Source of the DNA: Eimeria praecox | Lineage: Eukaryota | DNA: 64,000 nucleotides | NCBI GenBank assembly: GCA_963920595.1 | Contig: OY986947.1 | Location: 5,332,001-5,396,000, forward strand | Direction: 5' to 3' | In this document: piece after piece, positions 1 to 14,154 of the stretch | Layout of the letters: every line of letters starts with the position of its first letter | How positions within the stretch are numbered: the stretch's first letter is position 1 | Notes under the pieces: generated by a model | Told to the model about the DNA's origin: nothing | Databases searched by the model: none | What the model saw: only the letters and a program-made list of their open reading frames with translations | Made by a program: the position numbers and the translations under genes

Positions 1-58
1 TGTTGCGGTTACAGCAGTTTTACAGGTAGCACGTTGAGCAGACGTGCTGCTAAAGTGG

Positions 59-2759
59 TTAACGACAAGCCTGCATCTTAAATTTTCGGCGCAATGGGAC
101 AAGAGAAATAGAAAAGCTAGGAAAGACAGTAAGCAACAAAGAAGCCAAGCAAAGTGACAGATTGTGCTCACGGACGTGTGTGTACACCGCGAGAAAAAAA
201 GGATTTGACGGGAAGCGTCGTAGCATGAACTCCACAGCCTTTAGCAAGCTTTTATATTCTTCTTCAGCAGCAGTGGTCGCACCACCACTTGCTGCTGCTT
301 GCGTTCTTGTTGCTGTTGCTCCAACTGCTCCTGGGATGCTCACAGCCACCAGAAGAACCAAGATGAACGACAAAGCCATCTCCTCGCACCGCGATGCTTC
401 ACTCCTGCTGCAGAGCCCACAGCGCGCAAGATGGCTTGCGCTACTGCCGTTGTTGCTACTGGTGCTGTTCTCGTTGCTGTTGTTGTTGCTGTTGCTGCCT
501 GAAGATGCGTCCGAACTTGCTCCTCCACCCGCCGACGAGCATCCGCAGCAAATAGGGCAGCACTCGTCACCAGCCGCTGCAGCAGCGTTAGCACCCTCAA
601 CCGCTGCACGGTGCTGCTCGAATACGTTCCAGATAGAAGAAACCTTGGGCGACAAGGTGGCATGCAGCAGCAGTGCGAGAAAGAGATTTGCCCAGGGTGG
701 CGATGTCAGCAGGGGAAAAGCGCTGGCGTTTGCAGCAGCTACTGCAGCAGCACCAGCGGCAGCAATCCGTGAGCGCTGCAGAAGCACAGCGCAGCACGCC
801 GCCACCTGAGACCGAGAAAATGGATAGGCATTGTCCGCTTCAGTAGACCCGCCCGCATCCTGCTGTTGCTGCTGTTGCTGGTGCTGCCCTTGCTGCTGAT
901 CGTGCTGCTGAGGGACACCGGGCGACAAGGGGTTAAATGAAGCGAAGGAGCGGTCAGCAGAGCAAAGGGCTACATGCACCGATGCTGCTGCAACTCCCCA
1001 TCCCTCAAAAGGCAAAGCCTCCATCGGCTGCTGTTGTTGCTTCTGCTGATGCTGTTGAGATGGCACGCTTACAACGCTTCCCATCCAGCACGCCCAAGGC
1101 CAGCCGAAGTAAAGCAGCTGTGGGAGGTCTCTAGGTGTATGCTGCCCCTGCCAGTCCTGCACGTCTTGCATGCGAGTATCACCAGCAGCAGACGCAGCAC
1201 CTGCAGCAGCATCTGCAGCAGCAGCAGTAGTCAGCTCCAGGAAGGCCCAGGAAGCTGCGAGGGGAGCATGCGATGCAAAGGCGCTGCAGCAAGTCAGTAG
1301 CACCTTTCTTCCCTGCAGGAGTAGGGTTTGCGGGGAGTTCTTCTTTTTCCTCGCATTATTATTGTCGCAGCAGTTGCTGCTGATGTTGTTAGTGCTAGAG
1401 CCGGAAGTGTCGGCTGTTGCTGCTTGGAGGAAGAGTGAAGATGCAAAGGTGAGCCACAATGCCGGCTCTGCTTCATTTCTTTTGAGCACCAACCGAAAGA
1501 TCCTGTAGTTGCAGCACAGAGTGTACCAACAGCACGAGTAAGTATAGCAGCAGCAGCAGCAGCACGAGCAAGAACAAAGCCACAGACCCGGGAAGCCTGA
1601 TGCATGGGGCACTGAAAAGGTAGAAGTACACCTGGGAGGGCAACTCAGCAAGCAAACACAGAAGACGCATCAGATACGTCACGTGGTTTGCTGCACCGGC
1701 TGCACCCCCTGCTGCAGTAGCAGAGAAACTTACCGAGGGGAAGGACAGAGACACAGAGAACAATACAAGAGCAGACGGTCGTCGGGGAATACCAGAAGAG
1801 CCTGAGAGGAGGAAATGCACAGTTAGATACGCCTGTTCTACAGCCCAGACTCCGTTGCTAATCCAACTGCCGTGGCATCTAGAGCTGTTGCTGCTGCTAC
1901 CCTGACTACCATAGGCGTTGCTGGTGTTTCAGCTGCTGCAGGGCAACACGTGGGCTTCGCTGCCGCCTCTGCAACACTCTTGCAGCAGCAGCAGCAGCAG
2001 CAGCAGCAAATCTAATACATGTTGCAAATGGTGTTACCTGCGAGCAGATGAGGGCAGCTAGCGCCTGTGGTGTAGTGGCGTCTCCAAGAAGTGCAGCTAG
2101 CGACGGCTCATCACTGTCCGACTGCGGCTGTTCTTTCTGGTGCTGCTGCTGTTGCTGCTGGTGCTGGCAGCGCAGCACTGCCCGTCGCAGGCGTCTCTGG
2201 GCTAACAGCCAGCGAGTTGCAGCTCGCGTCTGCTGCTGCTGCAACGGATCCTCCGTCGCAGGCAGCAAGGACTGGACGGGCCAGAAGAATGAAAAGGGGA
2301 CAGCTCCGCTGTTGCTGTTCCTGCTACTGTTACCGTCGCTGCTGCTCGTGGCTTCTGATGAAAAGGGAGCATGTTCCCTCATCCACTGCTGCTGCCGCAA
2401 ATGAAGCGCGAGGGACCTGAGTCTTGCTGCATCTGCCCCTGCTGATGCTGCAGTATCTCCTCTCAGCCGTCGGGGATGATTCGAGGGGAGCCTGTGCAAT
2501 GTAGGAGAGCACAAGCAGTCAAGAACGCCAATGACTAGCCCATATGCCGGGCCTGCTGGCGCCTTCGTCCTGCTGCAGCAGGACAGACCCGCAGCAGCAG
2601 CAGCGGACAAAACCCCATCAGCAGCAGCCAGGAAGGGCTGCAGCAATTCCCACTGCTTCATGCGCTGCATACGGTCTGCAGAGACACAGTACGGAGACGG
2701 CAACTTGAGGTCTGCTGCTGCTGCTGCTGCTGCCGCATTCCTCGCTTCTTCAGCGGTCT

Positions 2760-2791
<32 letters not shown>

Positions 2792-3547
2792 TCCGCAGCA
2801 CGCCCCATCGCGTCCATAGCAGCGCGCGAAGGATGGGCTGCTGCGGCTTCTGCTGCTGCACTTGCGGCTGCCGCAGCTTCTCCCACCTTTGCCGCGTCGG
2901 TTGCTGCTGCAATGGCTGCTTCTGCTGCTACCTTGCCAGCAGCAGCAGCGTCTGCAGCTGTTTTTGCTTCTATGGCTGCTGCTGCTGCTGTGGCTGCCTC
3001 CGAGGCTGCAGGGCCCCCAGCAACAGCTCTCCAGCCGAGATGTAAGGCCCCAAAATCTGCAGCGCAGTAGGCAGAAAAGCCCCCTATCTTTTCATCATAA
3101 CCTCTGTTGCTGGTGCTTCTTTCGCTGCTGTTGTTGCTGCGGCTGTCGACACTGGCACCGTCGTATTGCAGCACTTGCTGTTGCAGGCCGCTTTGGGCCT
3201 CCCGCAAAGCCGCAATATCGCTATCAACAGCTTCACAAAGCTGTACGTACACTGCCGTAGCCGCCCCTGTGCATACCTGCTGCTGCTCTTGCTGCAACGG
3301 CCGGAAGCCGATCTCCCCCGCGCGCCGGCAGCAGCTGCTGTTTTGCATTGTCCATATTCGCTGCAGTCAGCAAGCCACAACATAGGCGCAAGGGCAGCGC
3401 CTACACAAACAAGAGATGAATGCATGCATTCCCCCAAAGCGGCAGCAGCACCGCAGCAGCAACACACAGCAGCAACAGCAAATGTTGAATGAAAAGCACG
3501 CGGATATCCCTACCTTCAGCTGCTCCAAGGGGGGCAGACTTTGCTGT

Positions 3548-3579
<32 letters not shown>

Positions 3580-4779
3580 GGCATAGAGCAGCGCCAGGTG
3601 GACGACAGCCTGCGCTGTAGAAGCAGCAACTGCAACGCGGCCTGTCTTCACTTCCAACGGCAAGAAGAAGTCAAAGAGAACCTTATGCAACAGTGCCAGA
3701 CACGTCCTGTAGTTGTTTGCTGCTGCTACTGTTGCTGCTGCAGGTGACCCTGCTGCTGCTGCTGTGGGTGTTACGGTTTCAGATGCTGCCCGCAGCAAAT
3801 CGCCAAGTAGAAGCCGCATGGGGGCCTCCGAATATTGTGAAGAGACAGCCGCAGCACTACAGACACACCGTGCAAGTGTGAGAGTAGTTTGGATGCTGCT
3901 GGCATTCACGGAGGCCATCACCTTCCCCACTACGGCTGCAGTGCTACGCCACGCTGGTGCTGCTATGGGGGTATCTGTCTGCAGCAGCAGCAGCAACCGC
4001 CTCAGTACAACCAGAGACGGCGCGGCTGAGGCTGTTGCTGCTGCATTTGTCTCGTGGCCGCATGCTAAATCAAGGACATCCTGCTGCCGCAACAGCACCT
4101 GTTCACGAGTTACCTCTGACAGCAGCAATTGCTGCTGCTGCTGCAGCAGCTGTTGCTGCAGGGCCACTAGCTGCACCCACAATCCCACATCTCCAGGCCT
4201 TTGTCTGCACAGCAGCAGCAGCCTCTCTTGCTCCTGCAGGAGGAGCAGCTCCTCTTGCTGCTGTTGCTGGTTCCGTCTCGCCTCTCCCGCTGCTGTCACA
4301 CCATCGCCTTCGCCTTCGCTGCTGCTGCTGCTGCTGCTGCTGCCTGATGCTGCTTCCCCTCGCGCACCCGCAGCTGTAGAAAACAGCAGCGGCTTCTCAA
4401 GCCCATCTATGTCTACAGCAAACTTGTACCCCTGCTGTGCGGGACCTGTCCCAGCAGCAGCAATAGCAGTAGCAGCTTCAGCTGCTGCTGCTGCCGCAAC
4501 CGCTTTCCTTCGGCGTCGCCTTTCCACAGGAAAGGCTGTTGCAGCTCCGACATCTCCTGCTGTTCCGATGCTGCTGCTGTTGCTGCTGCTGGCAGCTGTC
4601 TGTTGCTGCTGTTTCGCGCTGGCGCCTTCCGCGCTTCTCTGTCTGTGTTTAGGGTGGAGTAAGGGTCTTTCAGCAGCAGCTGCTGCTGTCTGCATGCGTT
4701 TTGAATTCCATATCGTTTCGGGCCTTTCGGAGCCTTCCTCCAGCTTACGAAGAATACCGGGAGAAACGTCGAGCCCACA

Positions 4780-4811
<32 letters not shown>

Positions 4812-5457
4812 ATGCAGCAGTCGGCCATCTGCTGCTGCTGCTGCTGCTGTTGCTGCTGCGGATGCTGGTGCTGTTTCTGTTGTTTGTGGTGCTTCTGCTG
4901 CTTGCTGAGGGAGGGTCTATGATGATCACGCTTTCATCTGAGCTGTTGCTGCTGCTGCTACGGTGGCGGCGTTGACTCTGGCGGGCTGCTTCTGACAGCG
5001 CCAGCTGTTGTGCGTGGTCCTGCTGCTGCTTTTGCTGCTGTTGCTTCCGTCTCCGCCTCTCCTTGTATATTTTGTAGGCTGTTTCTTCATCCTGTTCCTG
5101 CTGCTGCTGCTGCAGTAGCTTGAACTGGCGGCGGTGTTCTCTTTCGTCTCTCTCGAGATCTACCTCTCCACTGACAAGAGCAGCTTCTGCTATTCGAATC
5201 TTTTCCTTCTTTGCTTCCTCTGCTTCAATCTCTAGCAGCAGCTGCGGTTTCTGCTGCTGCAGTAGCAGCTGCTGCTGCTCCCACAGATCTCTAGACAGGC
5301 CCAGGTTCAGCAGAGCAGCATCAGGATTGTACGATGTGCCACATGACAGTCCAGAGATATTCTGTTCATGTACCCGCTGTTGTTCCTGCTGCTTTTGCTG
5401 CAACAGCTCATCCTCCAAATACTCAGGGAAGAGTGGCTCCTCCCTTTGCTGCTTCAT
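59..5457 (-). CDS. NRDE2: NRDE2/Nrl1-like protein (multi-exon, 3' end probably beyond the left edge; true start uncertain)
   Basis: Three long minus-strand ORFs (3367-5457, 1906-3348, 59-1651) with a GT-AG junction at about 3513/3362. Motifs resembling NRDE2 occur in the expected order: RPGDVGLWVQLVALQQ, EVKTGRVAVAASTAQAVVHL, RIWT..RRAGEIG (cf. FWD..PRAGEKG) and RRFPSNPFFLAVY. Recognised from memory, not by search. Confidence 0.6.
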
Positions 5458-6142
5458 TTGGTGTTGCGATTTACAGACAGCAGCACATATCTGGATCTGT
5501 GAAGCCTTCTCCCCCCGTCCCCTAGTCCCCTAGTCCCCTAGTCAAGCAATCTCGTTTAATTCTACAAGTCGCGGGGTCCCCACAGACCCTCTTCAACACC
5601 TCTTCACCTGCTGCACCGCAGCAGCAAAGGAGTATTAAGCTGTTCCGCCTGTGGTGTGGTAGGGGTGAAAGGCTGTGGCACACAAGCCCTATCTTGCAGC
5701 AGCGTGTGCCGTTGCAGTACGTGCTAGGGTTTGTTGAGTTGGGCGCGGGCGGTGCAGCAGCAGCAGCAGCAGCTGCTGCTGCTGCTGCTGCCGACCTACG
5801 CACATCTAGAGCTGCAATGGCACGCGTCTGGTCACCCTTGGAACACCTGCATATGCTTCTGCTGTTGTTATTGCTTCTGACGGAGTAGCTACAACCACAG
5901 AAACGGCAGGAACAAAGTCTGCCGCAGTAACAACCGCAGCAACAATACTCACGCCAGGGGCCCTCTCTGGCTTTGCCTTCCTTCTATGCCAGTAGACCCT
6001 GATTCCCATTTAATTTAATATTATATAATTTAATATTTTCGTTTCTATATCTTCAGATCCATCAAGGCCAACACAGAGAGGCGCCATGCCCCCGCATGCA
6101 CGTTGGGTACCTCCCTAAGGTGTTTGAAGGGGCCCCCCCCCC

Positions 6143-6175
6143 TAAGGCAGCAACGCATATATTAATATATATATA

Positions 6176-6271
<96 letters not shown>

Positions 6272-6288
6272 TATGCGTTGCTGCCTTA
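6143..6288. repeat. Perfect inverted repeat flanking a (TA)n tract
   Basis: taaggcagcaacgcatatattaatatat at 6143 is the exact reverse complement of atatattaatatatgcgttgctgcctta ending at 6288. Confidence 0.95.
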
Positions 6289-7149
6289 CCCCTCTCACCC
6301 TATCTCTTACGTACGCCTTCCTGTAATCGGAATCCTAGAGCCGAAGAAGACCCTCGTTCTAGCAAGTGCATGATATTCGTACTTGTATCTCTACTTGCTC
6401 GTCGGCTTAAATATTTATATTAATTAATAAAATATAATATATATATTAATATGGAGGAGCAACTAAGTGTTTAACAAGTAGTTAATACCACAGTCTACAA
6501 TCGTAGCGCATGCAGGGGCATCAGTTGTACGTGCATACAGGATGGCCTTGCAGCACTAGCTGAAGCCAGGTATGCTGCAGCTGCAGCCCATGTCTAGCCT
6601 GCTCATGTTCCCCTCATCCCAGGCCCTTGGGAAGCTGTGCTACGGACAGACGCCCGAAGGCTGGAGTGTAGGGCAGCTGCATGTTGGTAATTACTCTAAG
6701 TCTTATGGCCCTTTGGCAGCTCACAGCGATCCTCAACTAAAGAGGAGGAGTCGCGCTACACCTGGTAGCACCGTATGGTGCATCGGCGCAGGTGGAGGCA
6801 ACGAACCGCACCTCATAGCATCAGGGAGGCATGGAGCTTACCAATACAATAGCACACACAAAAAAGACAGAAGCAGGCACGATTAGGGAGGATCCCTAGA
6901 CATTTTTGAGGGAGTCCTCATCAAATCTTAAGTCTTTTCTCTTGTACAGAGGATATTAGTCCTTACAATCCCTCGGGTGGGGGAGCAATTAACGGTCAGC
7001 AGCGTGGCGCAGAAGAACCAAGCTCGATGCCCGCATGCATTCCGGTGGAGCAGTGCATTCCTACCACAAATAGTTCAGGAAGGATGCCTCCGCCGCTGTA
7101 GACTATCCAGATACGAGGTGCGCCGCGAAGCGGATGCAGCAAAGGGTCT

Positions 7150-9110
7150 CTTTGGCTCCATCGGTCTATGTCTTCGTCATTAAAAATCACTGGAAGTTGT
7201 GCACATGATACTGGCATCTTCTCCTCTGGAAAGGGATGCAGGACGATGGTAGCAGCATCTAAGCAAGGGCTTTACTTTATTTAACGAAGTGCGTGGGCAC
7301 CATCCAAGCCTACAGGAATGCTTTGTGGCGCAAGTTTATTCGAAGGTCTGCAAGGGAGCGGATTATGGCCGAAATTACACAGTCTAAAGGGAAACTGTCG
7401 ATATAACGCTACTTCGAGGCGTATCAGTAGCTGGAGAACAGAGGTCCAATAGTGGATCCGGAACTCCTATATGATTGGTTGACTGGTGAGTCCTTTTCTT
7501 GAGGGAGGCAATATGTAATCCGCTAGGCCGCGCTAAGGTGTGATATCGTTGAACGCGCCTGATGATATACCTTCGCATAGAAAAGCGAACAAGCCCACTT
7601 CCCAAGCCTTAGCTGAAAAGGGAGAAAGCAGGTTTGCACACGAGTCGGATTTAGAGCCTATTGAACTTGGGCTGTTAATGCCAGGTCAGGCCAGAAAATG
7701 ATTAGAAGCGGTAACCGGCCCCAGCCAACGAATTTGGCATCCAGAAAGGTGGGAGGAAATACCGAGAAGTGTTTCTGCTTCTTTTGTAGTAAATAAGGTT
7801 CCGCTTTTCGAGACTGCAGAGGCACGAAAAATGCTAAGAAACTGGTCTTCGAGCAACTCCTCCAGGGAAATAAACAGACTAATCAGGGAAATGCCTTGGC
7901 CCCCGTTCAACGGGCAGGGCTGCCATGGAGCGGATAAGGATGGCAGCGGCACCAGTGTGTATCCCATTTCTAATTGATGGTTCAGTCTTGCTAGCGCTTC
8001 TTGACGGATTACAAAATGAATTTGATACCTGAAGCTAAGGCGAAGAGGTATAGCCTATACAAGTCCATTTGTTGGCGTAGTCTCTGCGACTACGCTTTGC
8101 AGATAGCAGATAGGGCGGCAGGACGGATAAAACTAAGGGGCGTCAAATTCGCGCTTTATTCGGAAATGGTTCACATCACTATGGCACAGGATTTCAACGC
8201 TGGACCGCTTCACCGCGACATGATTCGAGGCATGCCTTGTTGACTCAGTGGTGGGCAGGCAAGCGGGCATGAAGAGGACATTATTAGGCGTTATACGCTG
8301 GGGAACGATGAGACAGAGCACCTATGAGCGATTTTAACAGCATCCCCATCCTCTAGGGTAAGAGAATTGGAACCTGATCAGAAGGAGAAAGGAGCGAGGT
8401 GGCTCTTACCCAATTGGGATGCGCTGCAGGGAACGGATACGTGCACGTACTCCGCCGCGATGCTTCTACGAAGACAGCCGCTTCGGGGCCTTCGCTCGAG
8501 ATAACACCCAAGGAGCAGCGCCGGCGGGGAAAATTATGGAAAAGCTCTCAGGAATACTCAAATGCAAGGAACGTCCAGTGGGCCTGCCACCCCCTGGGCA
8601 CTGTCTATTGAATTCATTGCCGGAGCAGCGCCAATCTTTGGTACCAGGAGCCAACGATTCCCACATCTTGAAGAGGAAGCTAAACAGCAAGCAGAAGAAA
8701 TGCTAAGAAAAAGCAAGCTTCAGCCGTCAACTATTTCCTTCGGATACAATGTGGTGCTAGCGCAGGGAAACAACGAAAGGGCAGGAAGACGCCTTGAACC
8801 CACATGCCCCTCCAAAACACCACGATGGAATGGGAAGTTCCGATGCTTCGTGGCCAACGGCTTCCTTTGGTACCAGGCGAAGCGTGGTCGCCAACTACTG
8901 TGCATTCCAGCTTCGCTTCGCATCGATGCTCTGCGCAAAATGCACGATCATCTTTTAGCGGGTCATGGAAATTTCAACATAACTATGAAGGGGATTTGTG
9001 GTTCCCTTCTGAACTCAGGAGTCGGCTTGAGTTAGACCATGGCTTGACCAGGGCAGATCATCCGGAAACAGAGGGTCAAACTGAACGAAACAACCGCACG
9101 CACCGCCCAT
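7150..9110 (+). mobile_element. Degenerate, internally deleted Ty3/gypsy LTR-retrotransposon relic
   Basis: RT N-terminal-like segment SIEFIAGAAP..EEEAKQQAEEMLRKSKLQPS..VVLA (~8600-8790). Integrase Zn-finger start LCIPASLRIDALRKMHDHLLAGH (~8900-8970). Integrase core motif TRADHPETEGQTERNNRT (~9045-9100). Weak gag-like ASSPLERDAGRW* near 7210. Stops and frameshifts present, region is poor in simple repeats, no LTRs identified. Confidence 0.8.
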
Positions 9111-10536
9111 GCAACCGGGCACAAATCGCATATGTCGTTAATTGCTTTTACTGTAAAAGCATCTACAGATGAATTAAATGAGAACGCTGCCCTTGTGTCC
9201 GATAAGCCGTTTAGGGCGCACTGCAGCAGGCCGCCCAGATACGGGTTGAGGATTGGGTGCTCGCACTGGCCTGGATAAACCATGCGATGCTACCAAGTGT
9301 AACGATAGCAGTCGACAGTACCAGAGGGACGTTGTGAGCTGAATAGACTCACAGTAGTTTAAGAAGCTTTCAGCAAAAGCAGCTTATCTACCCTCCACTC
9401 TCCAGGAGTCCTAAGCAGAGCGGCTCAAGAGCATGGGGCTGGCGCGGAGAGGAGACCGCCCATCATGAGGTGCATAACACAACAAACCTTCGTGCACCTC
9501 GTGCTGCATGCAACTGTACACAAGCCCCCTTTTGATGCATGCATGAGCACTGTAGAGAACTGTCGGTTGACCCTCAGTAGCCAATCTAATATGGGCAAGT
9601 AAAAAAAGAACGTGCCAGCCCTATACAATTCATCCTGCACTATTTTTTAGGTTTCTACACTCCAATATCTTCAGTGTGGTGCCCTCTATTACTGTTTGCT
9701 GTACTGTTCTTTCGTGTCTTCATCTCATTATTCGCATTAACTTCTTAAGCTTGTTTATTTTAGTGCTATGTGCCTGCTCCTTAGATGCGTTCCGGGCACT
9801 CAGTCATCCGCGTGCTGCAGCGCCGCGCCGCAGTTTCTACTGTGTCCTACACTTGCAAGCTTCATATCCTCAACGGCATCAGGCGTTGACAACTTAACAC
9901 AAGTTCGAAGGGGATAAGAAGCAACTTGAATGCCCGCACCCCAACAAGCACAATACCTGAATACTGCCGACATATAATAAAACAAACGCGCCCCGCAATT
10001 TGACTCTACACCACCAAAGAGGAGACAGTACAGGGACAACTAGGCACCCAGAGAGGCGGCCTCCGTATCTCCGTTCCCGTGTCTCCTCCCGCGGAGAAGT
10101 CTCCACACAAATACGCCTATCTCCTTCCCCCCCCCCCCCCCCCCCCCCCTTGTCTCACATTCCGTTTGGCCGGCAGAGACACAGGGGGACTCAACGGCCT
10201 ATCCAGCGCTTGCCGCAAGGCAAGAGGCCTTTACGGCCCCCAGTCGGCTCAAACAGGGGCTAGCAGGCATCACTGCGATGAGTGTATGCGGGCAGCTGAA
10301 GCCCTTAAGGGCCTTCTTGCCCATGCCCCAAGGCATCGACGGAGCGCACATGGAATTGAAAAGCCCTCACATGGCCATTGGCAACACTATACGAATCTTA
10401 AGAGAAGCTGCGAGCATCGTCGGTACCCTTGAGAGACCCCTAAAGGGCTTAAGCATGTCCTACAGAGGGGGCTAGCGGGCACTGCATGCGTTGGCAGCCA
10501 CTGAGGGAGACCGTTCATGAAGGGTTACAGATTGTT

Positions 10537-10837
10537 TTAGCTTTCCTCCGCGCCCTGAAGCACGAGGTCGAGGACGTAAGGGGGGGGCACAATCATAAAT
10601 ACTTCCCCAACAGCTTTGGGGTCATAAGGCCCCTCGAGGCCCCCCAAAGGCGTCTTCTGGGGGGACACCCTCACTGGGGCCCCTGCAAGGGCCACAGCAA
10701 ACTTTGCAAGGTCCTGAAGCCGCACGCCACAGACGCAGATACACGAAAATCAAGGGACTGCTGCTGCGTGCAGAGTCTGCAGTGTACGAACAACCAGCAG
10801 CAAGAACAGAACACAATCCCGTCTACAGACTCAGATC

Positions 10838-10924
<87 letters not shown>

Positions 10925-13614
10925 GTGCGCCAGCTTTCACGGGCCTCTCCGGCCCTGAAGAGTACAACGCGCCTTAACGGCAGAGAGCGAGAGAGCCCGT
11001 CTCTTGAGATTCAGCCTACCTGAGGTGTCTTAAGGGGTCCGTCAGCCGGCTTGTTCCTGAGGAGACAGATGCCCGCACCTGTCTCCTCATCGAAGGCCAA
11101 CACCAGCCCCACCTCTTTCCACTCGGGTTCTTTCGCGGGTGTGTCTGCGGGCTCCTGTCTGTACACCCGAAAACCTGCGCCTACGCCCTGCCCCTCAGGC
11201 ATTCTAGGGGCCTCGTCGGTCTCCTGCGAAGCCCTCCCCTCCCCCAGTGTGTTATCGTCCTGAAGAGACAGCCCAGCTATGGGCCCCTCTAGCTGGCGAG
11301 ATGCCCTCGTCGCTGCTGCTGTCAACGCCTCGAGCCACCAGCTGATTACGCGTGCTGGCAGGCTGCTCTCGAGTGTGGGGTGGGCCCATAGGGAGGGTTG
11401 TACCCTGGCGGGGGCCCCCCGAGGCCAGCTAGGGCCCCTCAGAAGCAGTGCAAGACGTCTGTAGGGGGTTAGCTGATGTAGGGCCCGTGTCAGAGTCTCC
11501 TGCCCAATATAACAACCTTTGTTCTCTAGACACAAAAGCCCCAGCCAGTCCATATTCAAAGACAAAGGCAACAGCGTTCCTATCCCAACTTCATCGGGCC
11601 CCTCACACACCCCCACCAAATGCCGATATACGTCGTACCCCCGCTTGTGTAGCTGTTGTTGTTGCTGCTGCTGATTTCCTGCGGCTCCTCCCGGTTTTGC
11701 TGCTGCTGCTTCCGAGGCCTCCTCCGGGTCCCCCGCTTCCTGTGCGAGGGGCAGCAGGGGGCCTGCCATGCTTACCTGGGGGCCCCAGAAGTCGCGGTGT
11801 ACGTACACCCGATGGCCCAGTCGCCACGTGCGGGGGTCAGCAGCAATTAGACCTTCCGTCCAGCGGCCTGCTGCTTGTTCTCCCTCTGCGGCTGGTGCTG
11901 CTTGACGAGCTGCTGCCGTAGCTGCTGCTGTTGGTGCTGCTGTTGCTGCTGCTGCTGCTGCTGCATCTGCTGCTGCTGTCGTATTGGGGGATTCAATATA
12001 CCGAAATACAAATTTCCCTTCTTTCGGGAAACAGGCAAAGTCGTATGTTTGTTCAAACAATGTCTCGGGGGGCCCTTCTTGTTGAGGCCGCCTCAACGCC
12101 CGGGGCCCCCACCCTCCTCCTGCTTGCTGCAGCAGCAAAGATATCTGTGGAGACGGCAGCAGCTGAAGCGGGATAAGCCCTGTCTCCTCGGAAAGAGACA
12201 CATTAGCTGCAACTGCATGACGCTGCAGGGGACACAACACACACAAAGTAGCAAATGCCGCAGCTCCTGCAGCTTCTGCTGCAGTTCCTGCTGCAGCAGC
12301 AGCAGCAGCAGCAGCAAATGGAGCAACAGCCCTTTCCGCTGCAGCTATTGCAGCAGTAGCAGCAGCAGCAGCAAGAGTATCTTCTGCTGCAGCTACTGCA
12401 GCAGGAGAAGCAGCAGCAGCACAGCACGAGCAGGCACAAGACAAACACAGCAGCACGAACAGCAGCAGCAGCAACAGGAGACACGGGAGGGGGATGCAGG
12501 GTCCCCAAGGGAAGTGAGCAGCACGTAGCCATAATGACAAGGACGACGAGGGAGTAAAATAACAAACAAAAAGAGACAGATGCAGAGAGAGAGAGAGACA
12601 GAGACAGAGAAGAGGAGAGAGAGACAGAGAAGAAGAGAGAGAAGAGAGGAGAAGAGAGGACGAGAGAGAGAGAGAGAGAGAGGGAAAGAAAGAGAAGAGA
12701 AGGGAGAGAGCAGGGACAGCGGAGACACCGCAAAACGAAGGTATGAATGCCACATCAGAAGAGAAAATATATGAAACATAACAAAGAAACAAAGGAGACA
12801 AATAACAGAGAGAAGGAGAGGCACTCACAAAGAAAGGAGACATAGAATCAAAATAATATAACACAAAACTGGTTGGGAGAAGGAAGAAAGAGATACGAGA
12901 GACAGCCAAAGAAAGAGAAGAAAGAAGAAGATAAAAACTACAGAAGGATATATCAGTAGAGACGAAAGGAGACAAATACAATGCAAGAAGGAGACAGTGC
13001 AAGTTAGGGAAACACGACAGAGACAGAAGAAGTAATTAAGATATACATAGGGAGGAGATGAAGAAGAAGACAGAAGAAGAAGAGAAAGGAGACAGGGGGA
13101 AGAGAAGGAGACACAAGAGATAGGAAGAGGAGGCAAGAAAGACAAACTAAAGTGTCAGAGGAGACAAAGAATAAGACAAGATAAACACAAAAACATATAC
13201 CTGCAAATAAAGAAGAAGACGGCTTAACACAGCAGCACTGACATCCAAGAGAAAGCGAGGAGAGCCCTCACAGCTGTCCCTGCAGCAACAAAATCAAGAG
13301 AGCCAAAGAGGAGACAGAAGGAGACACATTTAGGGGTATTGCGGGAGAAGGAGAAAGAATACAATCAAATAAACAAAAATATATGAAGAGACAAAAGAGA
13401 AAGAAGGAGAAAGATAACAAATCGAGGGAGAAACAAACAAAACACAAAGAGAGACAGACAGTTAGGGAGACAGAGGAGACAGAAAGGAGACAGTCAAATA
13501 ATAAAACAACATACAATACAAGATAATACCGACGTGGAGTCGCTGCAGCATAAGCAATACACAAAAGGAGACAGATAAAGATAGAGAACAGAAAACAAAC
13601 AGAGACAAACACAA

Positions 13615-13702
<88 letters not shown>

Positions 13703-14119
13703 ACATAATACACACAAACTCCAACGAAGGCATCCCACCATTTGCTGCTCCTCCAAGCTTAAGCCCCAGCAGCAACAGCAGCAGCAGCAGCAGGAGGAGC
13801 AGCAACAGCAACAGCAGCAAGCACAGCACAGCAGTGAAAGCGATAACAGCATCACCAGTAACCACAGCCTTAGTACGAGAAGCCGCAGTAGCAGCAGCAA
13901 CAGCAGCAGCAGCCGCAGCAGCAGCAGGCAACCCCAGCATCAGCATAAGCAGCCGCAGCAGCAGCAGCAGCAACAGCACCCGCAGCAGCAGCAGCAGTGT
14001 ATACCTCCAAATAACTAAGGCATCTGCAAGGACTCGGCCCTTGGCATTTAAAAAGGTAGTAGCAACCGCAGGGCGTCTCCACAGTCTCAGCTGTTGAACC
14101 CTGTTGCTGTTGCTGCTGC

Positions 14120-14154
<35 letters not shown>

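Noticed and set aside
6300..9900. Paired LTRs around the gypsy relic
   Set aside because: I could not identify matching direct repeats, a PBS or a target-site duplication by eye.
10486..10977. 163-aa plus-strand ORF
   Set aside because: Antisense to the last IBA57 exon and extended by a (TA)n run; no independent motif.
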